A stretch of 64,000 nt of DNA from an uncultured Armatimonadia bacterium. Lineage in GTDB: Bacteria > Armatimonadota > Zipacnadia > CAVVLO01. A program made the translations under genes and the position numbers. A model generated the notes under the pieces. It was given only the letters and a program-made list of their open reading frames with translations, did not search any database and was not told the origin of the DNA. The stretch covers positions 256,001-320,000 of the forward strand of contig CAVVLO010000003.1 of NCBI GenBank assembly GCA_963749155.1. Reading direction: 5' to 3'. Positions 11,290 to 23,278 of this stretch are shown here, piece after piece (the first letter of the stretch is position 1; each line of letters begins with the position of its first letter).

Positions 11290-14200
11290 ATGCGTCCCTT
11301 AGTGTTGGTAGTGGTTTTTCTCAGTCTGCTCCTCGCGCTGGAGGCGAGTGCCGTGCTTACTCCCCAGGTCATCGACACCAAATTTTCCACCGACGATGTC
11401 GTTATCGCTTCGCTGGTGGTGCAGCCGCCGGCCGACAGGCATGACAACGCTGGGCCGATGCTGCAAGCAGCTATCGATCAGGTGGCTACCGAGGGTGGAG
11501 GGGTAATCTTCCTGCCCGCTGGCATCTACCACATCGCCACTCCGCTGCTGGTGAAGGAGCGCGTAATACTGCGCGGTGACTGGGCGCCCCCTGGCAAAGC
11601 GAAGCCAGGCGAGACGACTGTGCTTGCCATCACGGCCAACAGAGGAGAAGTCGACGGACCCGCTGCGCTTGCCACCGAATTTGGCTCGGGCGTGCGCGAG
11701 GTCACCGTCTGGTATCCCGAGCAAGAACCTGCGGCGATTGTGCCTTACCCCTTCACCTTCGCCACAATACCCTCTGCTAGCGTAGACAACACTTCCATCT
11801 ACAACGTCACGCTCGTAAACGCGTATCAGGGCATCAAGAGCGGCCCCCACAGCAACGAGCTTCATACGCTGCGTAATATCTACGGCACGCCCCTCAAATG
11901 CGGTATCTGGGTGGACACCTGTACCGATATTGGACGGCAGATCCACGTAGATTTCGCCCCGCATTACTGGGTAGAAAGCGGTCTGCCTGGCGCTCCAGAG
12001 TCCCCTTCGGCTGTAGCCGCGCTCGAAGACTGGCTGCTGCACGAGGCTATCGGGGTAGATATGGGTCGCAGCGACTGGGAATATATCTACGACGTGCGTG
12101 TCACTGGCTATCAACAGGGCTTCAAGTTCCACTCAGGGCAGGCGGGCACAACCAATGCGGTGATGTTCGGCTGCGAGACCAAGGGCTGCGATATTGGCAT
12201 CCAGCTTGATGCCCTGAACGGCATCGGCCTGTCTGTAACCGCAAGCAAGCTGGAGGGCCTGACCGCGGCAGTGAGAGGGATGACCAGCTTCGACACGACG
12301 GCCCAATTCCACACTACCGAACTCACCAGCCCCACCGGCGCCTGCGTGTTGCTCGAAGGCAGAGGCCTGCTAAGCTTCCAGCACTGCACTTTCGATGCCT
12401 GGGATGAACTTGCACTAGATGCCCTTGCCGGGCAAGTGAACGCGCTCGATTGCGATTTCAACCAGCGCGGTCTGGCCATAAGGCTTGGGGCCGATGTGCT
12501 TCGCGCGCGCATACTCAGCAACCGGTTCGCCGGTGAGCCAGTCGTGGTCAATTTTAGCGAGGGTGATATCGAGATCGCCCATACGCCAATCGAGTTCGAA
12601 GTGCCCAGTCCAAAGCTGCAGCCAGTGATTCCTGACCCAAGGCCTGCTACAAATAAACTTTTCGTAGTGACCGATTATGGGGCGCTTTCCGGCGGCGCGG
12701 ACTGCACCGCGGCTTTCCAGCGCGCTCTAGACGAGGCTGGAGCGGCAGGCGGCGGTACTGTCTATGTGCCACCTGGCTATTGGTATTTCGATGGCGTGAT
12801 TTCGGTGCCGACGGGAGTGGAGCTGCGAGGTATGTTCGATGTGCCTCATCACACCAGTTCGGCCGGCAGCGTGCTGATGGTGAAGGCCGGCAAGGGCGAT
12901 GAGGCCGGGACGCCCTTCGTGCGCCTTGGCAGCAAATCCGGCCTGCGCGGGCTGACCTTCTGGTATCCCGAGCAAGACCTTACCAACCTTTCGCCCTATC
13001 CCTGGACCATCCAGTCCACCGGCCAGGTAGCTGGATGCTGGATGTAACCTGCGGCAACTCTTATCAGGGCGCCGATTTCTGGACCTACGACAGCACCGGC
13101 CACCTTATCCGGTATTTCGCGGGTTGCTACCTCCGGCGCGGCCTGTTCATCAGCAAATCAGATGGGCCCGGGTATACCGAAGATGTTATGTACAACCCCC
13201 ATTTCAGCGCCCGCTTGCCCAAGGGCATCGTAAAGGCCTGGGAGGGCGACGCCTGGGGGCCGACCATCGACTTCATCTGGCGCAACCAGGAGGGCATCGT
13301 CTTCGGGCGCTGCGATGAAGAATGGGTAGCCCGGACTTTCCTGTTTGCCTCTTATGCGGGGATGAAGTTCGCTGACGATAACGGCGGGATGAGAGGCCAG
13401 GTTGTAAACCATGGTACCGACGCGGGCAGTGTCGGGGTGCTTTTCGAAGCGACCTCTGAGGAGGGAGTAGATCTCTACAACACCCAACTCGTGCATTTTG
13501 GACCCGTCCAGAAGTGCGCCATCGAGACCTCACCCGAGCTTCAACGGGACGGCCAGACTCTTCAACAGCCAGCTCTGGGCAGGCCCGACAAGCGGAATAA
13601 TCGCCGGCCCGGGCAAGTTGCTGCTGCAACAGATGAACACCCTCACAGGGCCCTTCTACGTCGAGGGGGGCGACTTTACCCTTGAGAACTGCCACTTCAC
13701 CAATGAGCTGACGCCGCATGTCACCCTCGGCGAGAACGTGAAATCAGCCCGGATGCTCGCCAATGTTTCGGGTGGCGTGTTCAAAGTTGAGAACAACGCG
13801 GGTGACCGGTCTGTGGCAACTTGGCAGCTCGGCCGTTACAGCGCCCAACCTCGGTACCGGAGGCGCCCCGTATACCTTCGCTTCAGGCTTCGAGCCGGCC
13901 GATATCCAGCCCTTCACCGATACCATCCAGATGGAAGGCGGCGGGACTCGAGCGGTTGATAATCCGGTCTGCCAGCTTGTGGCAGGGGCCGGGCGCGAGG
14001 GGGGCACTGCTCTGCGCGTAGCAGGCCTGTCAACTGACGCCAGCTACTCCTTCGTCTATTATCGCGTCTTCGCGACGCCTCTGGCTATCGCAAGCGACAC
14101 CAAACTCACTTACTGGATAAACCCCGAAGATGAAGAAGGCCGCAAGATTGCGGTTGATTTGCTGTTTGCCGGTGGCGGATATATGCGCGATATGGGCATC

Positions 14201-14665
14201 GCGAACAGTCAGGGGCAATCTTCTCGCCCAGGTGGCAATGCGGGCGATCCCGGCGAGTGGCATCAGATAACTGTGCCGCTCGGTTCCTTAACCGGCAAGA
14301 CCATCTCGGTCATAATGTTCGCGTATGATTCTCGCACCGCTGGCAAGCCTTTCTCGGCCCTGATTGATGACATAAGTCTGACTTCGGATGTCGCTACTTC
14401 TCCCTGGAAGGTAGAAACCGACCCGGCTGAGGGCCAACTCGAAGTCGGTATGCCTCTGAGGCTTGCCAGTACCGCTCCGGGCATCCGTTACACACTGGAT
14501 GGGTCCAATCCAACCGGTGACTCGCCCCTTTACACTGGGCCTATTGTGCCGACCAAGCCAGGCCTGCTGGAAGTCCGTTTCACCACTATAAAAGAAGACG
14601 GTGTGCCAGGTTCGCTCATCTTCAGCAGGCTGTTCGATGTGCTGCCCCAGGGAGGCGCCGAATGA
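11290..14665 (+). CDS. Secreted double right-handed beta-helix protein (pectate lyase 3 / GH55-GH87-like) with C-terminal CBM-like and CHB_HEX_C-like domains; about 3 frameshifts
   Basis: Two GGGxx(F/Y)xPxGxY motifs (LQAAIDQVATEGGGVIFLPAGIY; AFQRALDEAGAAGGGTVYVPPGYW); C-terminal IRYTLDGSNPTGDSPLYTGPI. Confidence 0.75.
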
Positions 14666-15735
14666 GAAGACTGGCCCCCAGTGATTTACCCTCTCGCCCG
14701 CAGTTGCCGGAGGTTCTGGAGTTTCTCGATGGGCGCAACGTGATAACTCAGGCCGACTGGGCAGAGCGCCGAGAGGAATTGAAATCACTGATTCTGACTT
14801 ACGAATACGGCAGTATGCCTCCGGCCAGGCCTGTAGAGCTGGATGCCACCCTGTCAGAGGGGCCAGCCGAGGGGGCTGAAGGCTTCACGCGCGCGCTGGA
14901 GCTTCGGTTTGGCGGTCAGCTTTGGGCCAAGGTTGACCTGAGCCTGCCCGCTTATGCGCCCTGGCCCGCGCCTGTCATTGTGCGTATTGGGCCAGGCTGC
15001 CCTGACCTTGAGGCTACCCTCGACCGCGGCTATGCCTTCTGCGCGCTGCATAATCAGGATCTCGAGCCCGACAAGACCGGCGAGCAATACGAGGGGCCAG
15101 CCCAGGAGGCCTTCCCCGGCTATGAATGGGGCTGTCTTGCGGCCTGGGCCTGGGGCGCGAGTCGCGTCCTCGACTGGCTGGAAAGCGTGCCGGAGATAGA
15201 TGCCACCAAAGCTATCATCACTGGCCATTCTCGCACCGGTAAGGCGGCGCTGCTGGCAGGGGCGCTCGATGAGCGTTTCGCTCTCGTCGTGCCCAATGGT
15301 TCGGGCTGCGGCGGAGCAGCGACTTATCGTATTTATGGCAAGGGCTGTGAGACGCTGGAGGCTATCACTCGCCCTGACCGCTTCAAGGCCTGGTTCAAGG
15401 AGGACTTCGGCGAGTTCGCCGGCCACGAAGACCGCCTTCCCTTCGACCAGCACTCTCTGCGCGCGCTGGTTGCGCCGCGCCCTGTGCTTGCGACCGAGGC
15501 GCTTGACGATGCCTGGGCTAATCTCCTCGGTACTCAAGCCGCCTGGGAAGCCGCTCAGCCTGTCTTCGACTGGCTGGGCGCCCCGCAGGCCAACGCGGTC
15601 CATTACCGGGAAGGCACTCACAACCAGCTTGCTGAGGATTTCGCCTGCCTGCTGGATTTCGCAGATTGGCATCTCAAGGGCGCCCCCTGGCCCGAGCGCT
15701 TGAACAACGCTCCCTTCCCCTCGCCGCTTGGCTAG
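14662..15735 (+). CDS. CE15 glucuronoyl esterase-like protein
   Basis: AAWAWGASRVLD, GHSRTGK nucleophile motif, SGCGGAA, LPFDQH, ALVAPRP. Confidence 0.88.
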   Translation: MRRLAPSDLPSRPQLPEVLEFLDGRNVITQADWAERREELKSLILTYEYGSMPPARPVELDATLSEGPAEGAEGFTRALELRFGGQLWAKVDLSLPAYAPWPAPVIVRIGPGCPDLEATLDRGYAFCALHNQDLEPDKTGEQYEGPAQEAFPGYEWGCLAAWAWGASRVLDWLESVPEIDATKAIITGHSRTGKAALLAGALDERFALVVPNGSGCGGAATYRIYGKGCETLEAITRPDRFKAWFKEDFGEFAGHEDRLPFDQHSLRALVAPRPVLATEALDDAWANLLGTQAAWEAAQPVFDWLGAPQANAVHYREGTHNQLAEDFACLLDFADWHLKGAPWPERLNNAPFPSPLG

Positions 15736-15756
15736 TACAACCGAGGAGACTTGAGT

Positions 15757-18235
15757 ATGGAGAAGCTAGTTGTCCTGCTTCTGCTTGCGATGGCGGCAAT
15801 GGTCAGCGCGCAGACCAACTTCCTCATCGCCGGCGATTTCGAGGGGACCGAGGCGCGCGAGGCCTGGGGTGGCGCTGAGCTTGTTCAGTTAGTTGGGCCG
15901 ACGGGCCAGCAGACCACCGGGCTGCGTTCCCAGACCGCCACCATCACCTGGGCAATGGCAGGTCAGAGCTTGCGCCTGCCCGCTGGGGCGGTCACCTTGC
16001 GGCTTGCGGGCTGGGCCAGGGGCGAGGCGCTTACTCCCTCTGAGGCTGAGCCCTACTATCGCGCGCAGCTCCAGGTGGGCTTCTTTGGCGGAGGCGGCGA
16101 GCAACTCGGCAACTGGGAAAGCGCCAATCTGCCGAGTGGCGATTCTGACTGGACTTTCTATGAGGGCCAGTGGCCAGTGCCCGAGGGCGCCTGGCGCGCG
16201 CAGATATATCTGGGCAACAACCACGTCACCGGGACTTCCTGGTTCGATAACGTAGTGGTGGAAGTGCTTGACGAGAGCGGCGCGGCGCTCCAGCCTGTCA
16301 CCGAGCAGCACACCGATGTCACTGGGTGGTATCCACTGGCTTCGCCAGATGTCTCGCCTGACGCTGGCAGCCCGCTTGACCTGTCGTGGCTTAATGAGAA
16401 GCCCGCTGGTTCGCACGGCTTCATCACTGCGCAAGGGCGATGAGTTCGTTTTCGAGGACGGCACCCCAGTGAAGTTCTGGGGCACCAACTGCGTCGCGGG
16501 CGCGGCCTTTCCCGACCACGCACTGGCCGAGCAAGTCGCTGGGATGATCGCCCGCAGCGGTTTCAATCTGGTGCGTTTTCATCATATGGACGCCGACTGG
16601 GCTGCGCCCAATATCTTCGACATCGCCGGCAGCACCTACGACAAGCCGACGCGCCAGCTTTCCGCCGAGAGCCTCGACAGGCTGGACTACTTCATCGCGC
16701 AGCTCAAGCAGCACGGCGTCTACGTGATGCTGGACCTGCTGGTGCATCGTCGGTTCAACCAGGAAGATCTGCGCGGGCAGCCTGACCCCGACCGGGGCGC
16801 GAAAGAGGCTGCGATGTTCGACCCGGTGCTGTGGGACCTGCAGTGTGAATATGCCACCCAGCTTCTCACTCACGAGAACCCCTATACGGGCAACCGGTAC
16901 GTGGATGAGCCTGCCCTGGTGCTGTCCGAGTGCATCAACGAGAGCAGCCTCTTCTATCCCTGGGGCCTCAGCTCGATGAAGCAGGACCGGCCCTACTACT
17001 ATGACGAGCTGGTCGGCCTGCTCGAAGGCTGGTGTCAGGAGCAGAACCAGCCTCTGCCAGAGGGTGACCTGGCCGACCTCTTGCAAAGTGGCAATACTGT
17101 CGTCCTGGAGTTCCTCTACGAGACACAAACGGCCTACTTCCAGCGGCTGCGAGAGTTCTTGAGAGGGCTAGGCTACCGCGTGCCAATCACTGGCAGCAAC
17201 CACTGGGAGCGTCACGTCGGTGATCTACGCTCCAACGCCATGCTGGACTGGATTGACACCCACAATTACTGGGACCACCCCCAGGGCGGCTATTCGCCGA
17301 CCAACAACTTCGGCAATTCCAGCACGCTAAAGGGAAGAGGGACCAATCTGGCCTCTTACCTGGCGATTATGCAGGTGGTCGACAAGCCACTTACCATCAG
17401 CGAGTGGAACTGTGTCTGGCCCAACGAATACATCATCGAAGGGCCACTGTTGATGGCCGCAACCGGGGCAATCCAGGGCTGGGATGGCCCGATGCAGTTC
17501 TCCTGGGGCGGCTACAGCGCATCACTCGACCATATGGATGGGTGCTTTGAGAACTGGAACAAATCGCACTTTATGGCCGCAGGCTGGGCAGCCGCACTGC
17601 TGTTCCGTCGCGGCGATGTCAAACCCGCCGATTGGGGCTGGGTAGAGCCGCTCTCAGCCGATCCAGCTGCCTATTTCAAAACGCCACTTGCTGCTCTTCC
17701 CGAGGGAGAATACCTGCGCTCTGCGGTCGGCAACTCACTGGATGGTCAGGAATTGTCGAAATCTGGCGAAGCAAACGGCGAGGTAAAGCATGATCCTGAC
17801 CAGGGCGTGCTGGTGCTGGATACCGCAAGCTCCCAAGGCGCAGTCGGCTTCCTCGCGGACAAACTCACCGAGACAAGCCTGCTGGCTATCGAGGTCGAAG
17901 AGACGCCCTTCTGTCAGGTCTTCCTGTCCAGCCTCGACAGCAAGCCACTGGCTGAATCGCAACGGATGGCACTTACAGCGGTCGCGCGCGCCGAAAACAC
18001 AAATCAGGTCTGGAAGCCCTTCCGCAATGGGCTGAAGGACCTCGGCACCGGGCCAGTGCTGATGGAACCCGTGCGCGCGACAGTGACGCTCAAGGGCGCA
18101 AGGTCACTCACCGTGACCGCCCTCGACCAGCATGGCAACCCGACCGGACGCACCATCCCAGTGGATGTCACCACCCTCGGCGCGACCTTCCAGCTCGGGG
18201 AAGGCCAGGCCTTCTGGTATCTGCTGGAACGCTAA
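15757..18235 (+). CDS. Secreted GH5-like (clan GH-A) hydrolase with N-terminal carbohydrate-binding beta-sandwich; frameshift near 16430
   Basis: Signal peptide, PAGSHGFI, VKFWGTN, GFNLVRFHH, LDRLDYFIAQLKQHGVY, HENPYTG, INE, ISEWN. Confidence 0.8.
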
Positions 18236-18260
18236 AGGCGAAAAGCTTCTAGAAGACGAT

Positions 18261-18391
18261 GGTGCAGGGGTTCTACCCCTGTACCTCAAGCTAAAGGATG
18301 AACACCGCAGGGGATAGCATCCCCTGCACCCGCACTAGTTGGCTTCGATGCAACACCGCATGAGGGTGCAGGGGCGACGTATTCGCTGCCC
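18261..18391. repeat. Cluster of three REP-like family A hairpins (GGTGCAGGGG-loop-CCCCTG)
   Basis: 18261-18285 ggtgcagggg-ttcta-cccctgtacc. 18301-18350 is identical to 23298-23347 and 25070-25119. A degenerate third copy starts at 18364. Confidence 0.75.
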
Positions 18392-18452
18392 AAAATAGCA
18401 TATCCACCTTGAGGTACAGCAGTCTGGACTTGTGTCAGGGAGGAGTACCCGG

Positions 18453-21400
18453 ATGGAAAGGTTCTGTTTACTACTTGTATTGCTGGCACTGGGCGCCCTG
18501 GTGGCGCGCGGAGGGGCTGAGCCTGCCCTGCAGCGGCTATTCCCCCCCAGCCTTCCCACTGCGACCTGGACAGAATTCTCCTCTCCTGGCTACAAAGCCC
18601 CCGTGACAGGACTAATCTACCGCGCCAGGGAGCTGCGCCCTGTCTGCGGGGTTCCCCTTGGCGCGCTGGCCACCGGCTGCCTGGACATCGAGGCAAGCGG
18701 TGCGCTCGGTTATAGCTCGATTTTTAACGACCAGTCGCCAAGAGGCGGCCCGGTGAATATGCCTTTCCTGGGGCTCTCTGTTGGCGACCGTACCTGGGTA
18801 CTCTGCACCGGTCAGATCAAACACTATGATGCTGGCAACATCCCCCCGCTGCCAGATCCGCGCGTGGTGGTCATCGGCGAGGGTGAGGGTCGTCTGCTTG
18901 CCAGGTACGATACCCACTGGCAGAATCTGGGCGAGGCGCTGGCCGTCGATGAAGACCAGTTCCCGGTCGTATTCCGCACTTCAGTCGATCAGTTGATCTT
19001 CAAGGCCGGCGACTTCGGCGGCCACACGCCCGCCCTTTCTCCGGCAAGTACCTATTCCGACTATTCGTGGGTCAAGTGGACTGCGCCAGTCGCTGCTACC
19101 GTGCGGCTGAGGGGAGGCGCCTGGTCCAACTTCGATGGGCGCACCTGTGACTTCGCCCTCCGTCATAACGGCCGCGATCTGTTCGGTGGATTTGCAGACG
19201 GCGTCCTGGGCAGGCTGACGCTTGGCGCGGATTTTACCTCGGAGAATCCCCTCACTTTCGACCTTCCAGAAGTTGAGGTGGCCCAAGGCGATGAACTGCT
19301 GTTTGCCTTTCGCACCAACGGCACCAGTCAGCATCCCGATATGGGCACCTTCTTTGGCCTAAGGGCGGAGGTGCTGGGCCCGGACCGGATCGGAGAAGAT
19401 CCTGTATTCGGCAGGTTGCCGTCAGCGGACTGGGTGCTCGCCAGGGATTTCCGACCCCAGATCAATCCCGATGGCGCCTGGTCGTATGGCAGCACCCAGG
19501 TCACCAGCGTCCCCCCGCCCGCGGACCTGAACTTCGATGGCTGTCAGCAGGCAACCGAAATCGAATACTGGGGCCACTATCCGGTGCTTGACCTGGAGTT
19601 CAAGACCAGTGCGCCTGTCGAAGTCGGCGCCCGCCTCTGGTCGCCTCTACTGCCCGGCGACACGCCCACCTCCAACACTCCGGGGGCCTTGTTCGAGGTC
19701 CACCTGAGGAACGTCTCCAACGAGCCGCAGCAGGGACGGCTGCTATTCAGCTTCCCGGGCTTCCGAGAGCACCAGTCCAAAAATCGCGCCACGGGCTTTC
19801 CAAATCTGGCCGCTGTGCCTTCGCTGCCCCCTTCACAGCTCCAGAGAACTACTCTCGACGAACCGGGGCTTACAGGGGTGACCGTTAGCGATCCTGGTTG
19901 GAAGGTCGCCTACTCCCTGGGCGCTATTAATGAGCCCTCAACCGAGTCCGGAGCATGCCTGCTGGCCGAGGGCGAGCGCTGGGCTGAGGCAGCGACAGGG
20001 CTGCGCGCGCCCCTCTTCTCTGAGGATGGCACCGCGCTTGCCGTTCCCTACGAACTGCCGGCCGGCGCCGAACGTGTGGTGCGTTTCGTCCTGGCCTGGT
20101 ACGCGCCCGACTGGAACGGCAACGGCACACCCGGCACTGGCGGGGAGAGCTATACCCATATGTACGCCTCGCGTTACACGGGGGCAGCTGATGTCGCGCG
20201 CTTCCTGGCCGCTAACCACGAGACCTTGCTGGCTCGGATATTAAACTGGCAGCAGGTGCTGTACAGCGCGCCTGAACTACCTGGTTGGCTCGCTGACTCG
20301 CTTATAAACAACCTCTATCTGCTGCCCGAGACCAGCACGTGGGCGCAAGCAAAGCCGCCGATTGGTGACTGGTGTCGCCTGGAGGATGGCATCTACGCCC
20401 ATAACGAGTCTCCGCGAAGCTGTCCGCAGACTCCGTGCCTGCCTTGCGATGCCATCAGCGGAATGGTGCCGATGGTCTACTTCTACCCCGAGACCGTCCG
20501 CGCGCTCGCTCGCACGTGGAAGGCCTACCAGTTGCCAAGTGGCCAGATGAAATTTAACTTCGGGCTATATTGGGATTTGACCCACCCGATGGCCGAGGGC
20601 AACCAGGAGGTAATGAACGGCGCTAATTATCTGGTCATCCTGGACCGGTATTACCTGCTAACCCAGGATGAGGACTTCCTGAGAGAGTTTTATGACTCGG
20701 CCAAGCGCGCCTGTCAGTTTTCTTTTAGCCAGCGACCTGCGTACGGGCTTGATCAGATTGTGGCGATGCCAGCGCCGGTTGAGGGCTCCTATAACTACCG
20801 CGAGTGGTTCGAAGATCGGGAGTGGAAGGGCTACGTCGTCCATCCAGGTGGCTACCGGATGGCCCAGGCTCAGATGATGAAACGCTGGGCGCTGGCGGTA
20901 GGTGATGTAGACTATGTCACAGAGCTTGACCAGTTGCTCGAAGCGGGCGCGAGGGCGCTGGAGGAGCAGCTCTGGAATGGCCGCTTCTATGCCGCTTCAT
21001 CTGAGCCCGAGACAGGCTTCAAACAGGATTTCTGGTTTAGCATCCAGCTCAATGGGCAACTCTATGCCCGCTCGGCAGGGCTGCCAGGCGTCTTCCCGCC
21101 GGAGCGCATCCAGAGCGTACTCGACTGTGTGCCCAAGGTCGCCTCGATCAGCAAACTTGGCATACCCCCTACCCTTGCCAATGCCGACTTCACGCCCTTC
21201 CTGCGGGAGAAATATGATAACACCGTCATCGGCGCCGGGTATCTCTCGGGCGCCTACAACTATACCACCCATCTGGAATACCAACTCGCGCAGACCTGTA
21301 TGTATGAAGGGCGTAAAGAGCTGGGACTCGACCTGTTGAAACGCACGCTGGAGGTCTCGGCCTGCACCTGGGGCAACACCTGGGAGGCCTGGAACGCTTG

Positions 21401-21563
21401 CAGTGTCAAAGCCGACGACGGCAGCAGGGGGTATGGGATGGATTACTTCCACAACCTGTGCCTGTGGAACACGCCTGCGGCACTTATGGGGCAAGACCTG
21501 GCAGGGCCAGCGCGGCCTGGTGGGCTTATCCAGCGACTGCTGCAGGCGGCCAAAGCCCCCTGA
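18453..21563 (+). CDS. Secreted GH116-like (non-lysosomal glucosylceramidase family) glycosidase with an inserted, permuted beta-sandwich
   Basis: CGVPLGALATG, YWGHYP, WSPLLPGD..SNTPG, RFVLAWYAP, LPGWLADSLINNL, LWNGRFY. AGGAG RBS before ATG 18453. Confidence 0.8.
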   Translation: MERFCLLLVLLALGALVARGGAEPALQRLFPPSLPTATWTEFSSPGYKAPVTGLIYRARELRPVCGVPLGALATGCLDIEASGALGYSSIFNDQSPRGGPVNMPFLGLSVGDRTWVLCTGQIKHYDAGNIPPLPDPRVVVIGEGEGRLLARYDTHWQNLGEALAVDEDQFPVVFRTSVDQLIFKAGDFGGHTPALSPASTYSDYSWVKWTAPVAATVRLRGGAWSNFDGRTCDFALRHNGRDLFGGFADGVLGRLTLGADFTSENPLTFDLPEVEVAQGDELLFAFRTNGTSQHPDMGTFFGLRAEVLGPDRIGEDPVFGRLPSADWVLARDFRPQINPDGAWSYGSTQVTSVPPPADLNFDGCQQATEIEYWGHYPVLDLEFKTSAPVEVGARLWSPLLPGDTPTSNTPGALFEVHLRNVSNEPQQGRLLFSFPGFREHQSKNRATGFPNLAAVPSLPPSQLQRTTLDEPGLTGVTVSDPGWKVAYSLGAINEPSTESGACLLAEGERWAEAATGLRAPLFSEDGTALAVPYELPAGAERVVRFVLAWYAPDWNGNGTPGTGGESYTHMYASRYTGAADVARFLAANHETLLARILNWQQVLYSAPELPGWLADSLINNLYLLPETSTWAQAKPPIGDWCRLEDGIYAHNESPRSCPQTPCLPCDAISGMVPMVYFYPETVRALARTWKAYQLPSGQMKFNFGLYWDLTHPMAEGNQEVMNGANYLVILDRYYLLTQDEDFLREFYDSAKRACQFSFSQRPAYGLDQIVAMPAPVEGSYNYREWFEDREWKGYVVHPGGYRMAQAQMMKRWALAVGDVDYVTELDQLLEAGARALEEQLWNGRFYAASSEPETGFKQDFWFSIQLNGQLYARSAGLPGVFPPERIQSVLDCVPKVASISKLGIPPTLANADFTPFLREKYDNTVIGAGYLSGAYNYTTHLEYQLAQTCMYEGRKELGLDLLKRTLEVSACTWGNTWEAWNACSVKADDGSRGYGMDYFHNLCLWNTPAALMGQDLAGPARPGGLIQRLLQAAKAP

Positions 21564-21592
21564 GCCGGCGAGTTGGTTGTTGTCATATAAGT

Positions 21593-21634
21593 GGTGCAGG
21601 GGCGACCTGTGAGTTTCGCTCACGCCGCCCCTGC
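21593..21634. repeat. REP-like family A hairpin with internal GTGAG-TTTCG-CTCAC stem, between convergent genes
   Basis: ggtgcaggggcgacctgtgagtttcgctcacgccgcccctgc; close relative at 28532-28576. Confidence 0.65.
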
Positions 21635-21646
21635 GAAGTGGAGCCT

Positions 21647-23278
21647 TTACTCGAATTCGAACCAGTAGAGCTTCGCCTGGTTCAGCTTGACCTTCAGCAC
21701 GACCGCTTCGCCTTCGCCTGCGCCGAGGTCCTCCCCGCCCGCCCACTTGACCGGGGCGTTGTGCAGATCGCCAATCAACGGAGTGCAGTCACCGAAGTCT
21801 CTGCCCCCAAAAGGCGCGCGCCCGATATTGCAGGCGGCAATCTGGAGGCTTCCCCCGCGCTTCGTCACTGCGTTGATCTTGAGTTTCTTGCCGGGTGGGA
21901 TGAAGGCCACGGTCGAGAATTCGCCAAGCTGCTCGGCTTCGAGCCCCACGAGCCGGCCCTTAGGCCAGATGGCCATCCCGATATCGTAGGCCCAGGCGCC
22001 GCGTGGATACTTGTGGGGGAAGGCATATCCAGTATAGGGCAGTGCGAAATCGCCACTGGGCAGTTCGACCAGGTTGGGAGCGGCGAATACAGTGCCGCCG
22101 TCGAACTCGCCGAATTCGCCGGTCTCGAAGAGAGTGCCGTTCGGCAGCCAGTCCCAGTAGCGGCTGTCGGTGCTGCTCGCAAGCACGATGCGGGTGGAGT
22201 CCGAAGCCATATCCCACACCGCCGGGAACATCAGCCTGGCCTCGGGCGCGCCTGGATAAGTGCCGTAGCAGTTGGTGTAGAGCACTTCGCTGGGCAGCAT
22301 ATCGGGGGGGGAGTGCAAGACAATCTCCGACAGCGGAAACTGGTCGAAAGTGGCGGCTTCGCTACGCCCAATGGAGCGCCTGCCCACCATATACCAGGGC
22401 TGACCTTGCCCCTCGGCATAGCCCGGGGCGCGCTCGGACAGCCACCAGTTGCGCGTCCAAAGCACATATTTGCCAAGCAGCGCATCCCAGCAACCGATGT
22501 TCTGCGTGTCGGCGTGTTCGACCGCCAACGGTTCGGGGACGTCGGTCCAGTGATAACCATCTGGCGAATAGGCGCCGAACAACGCAAAGGCTACTCCCAC
22601 ATCAGCCCGCCAGGCGCGCGGTTCGCACCGGTCGGGATATTTCGCGCACAGCTCATCATAGCGCTCTTTGGTCAGGTCACGTGTCCCAACTGCCTTATAA
22701 CGTTGCTCTGGAGGGGCTGTAGGGTCTAGAAAGATGGCCCCCGGCAGCCCGAGCAGGACATTATTCTCGGTCTCGCCGCCCCAATCCACCAGCTTGAGAT
22801 TGGGCCTTTCCCACACCAGGCCGTCTGTGGACTCGAAATAGACCTCATGGCCAGCGCCCTGGTCATCCTGGCAGCCTGCCCAAAGCCGATATTTGTCGCC
22901 GTCCTTAAGCAGAGTGCCAGCGCTGAGGCCCATCGCGACCAGCGGCCTGTCGCGCTCTATTATCGGGCCGCGCTTCTCGGCGCGTTCGACCACGAACTTG
23001 ATGCCGCGCGGCATATCTTCGGTGACAAACCGCGCATCCCATGGGCCAGCTTTTACGGCGCGACTGGTGGCTATCCCGTTGCCCTGGGCATCCAGCCAGT
23101 TGTGAGCGCCTGGCCTGACGTAGAGCCAGTCCACGAAAGTCATACGAGCACCGGGCAGCACGTATGGCTCACCGGTCGTGGCGCCAGGCAGCGCGCCTCC
23201 CCCTACGATATTGGTTGGCATCTGCGCGCAGCACAACGTTGCGATCAAAAGCACCAGCAACACAAGTACCGGTAACAT
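21647..23278 (-). CDS. Secreted putative five-bladed beta-propeller glycosidase (GH32/43/130-like clan), paralog 1
   Basis: Signal peptide after GGAGG RBS; Asp-box-like YFESTDGLVW and YSPDGYHW; C-terminal LKINA beta-sandwich. Confidence 0.65.
   Translation of the reverse strand: MLPVLVLLVLLIATLCCAQMPTNIVGGGALPGATTGEPYVLPGARMTFVDWLYVRPGAHNWLDAQGNGIATSRAVKAGPWDARFVTEDMPRGIKFVVERAEKRGPIIERDRPLVAMGLSAGTLLKDGDKYRLWAGCQDDQGAGHEVYFESTDGLVWERPNLKLVDWGGETENNVLLGLPGAIFLDPTAPPEQRYKAVGTRDLTKERYDELCAKYPDRCEPRAWRADVGVAFALFGAYSPDGYHWTDVPEPLAVEHADTQNIGCWDALLGKYVLWTRNWWLSERAPGYAEGQGQPWYMVGRRSIGRSEAATFDQFPLSEIVLHSPPDMLPSEVLYTNCYGTYPGAPEARLMFPAVWDMASDSTRIVLASSTDSRYWDWLPNGTLFETGEFGEFDGGTVFAAPNLVELPSGDFALPYTGYAFPHKYPRGAWAYDIGMAIWPKGRLVGLEAEQLGEFSTVAFIPPGKKLKINAVTKRGGSLQIAACNIGRAPFGGRDFGDCTPLIGDLHNAPVKWAGGEDLGAGEGEAVVLKVKLNQAKLYWFEFE

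Noticed and set aside
2615..18235. Pseudogenes or programmed frameshifting in the CAZyme run
   Set aside because: Indels are scattered, with no shared slippery motif and no nonsense decay; sequencing error is more parsimonious.
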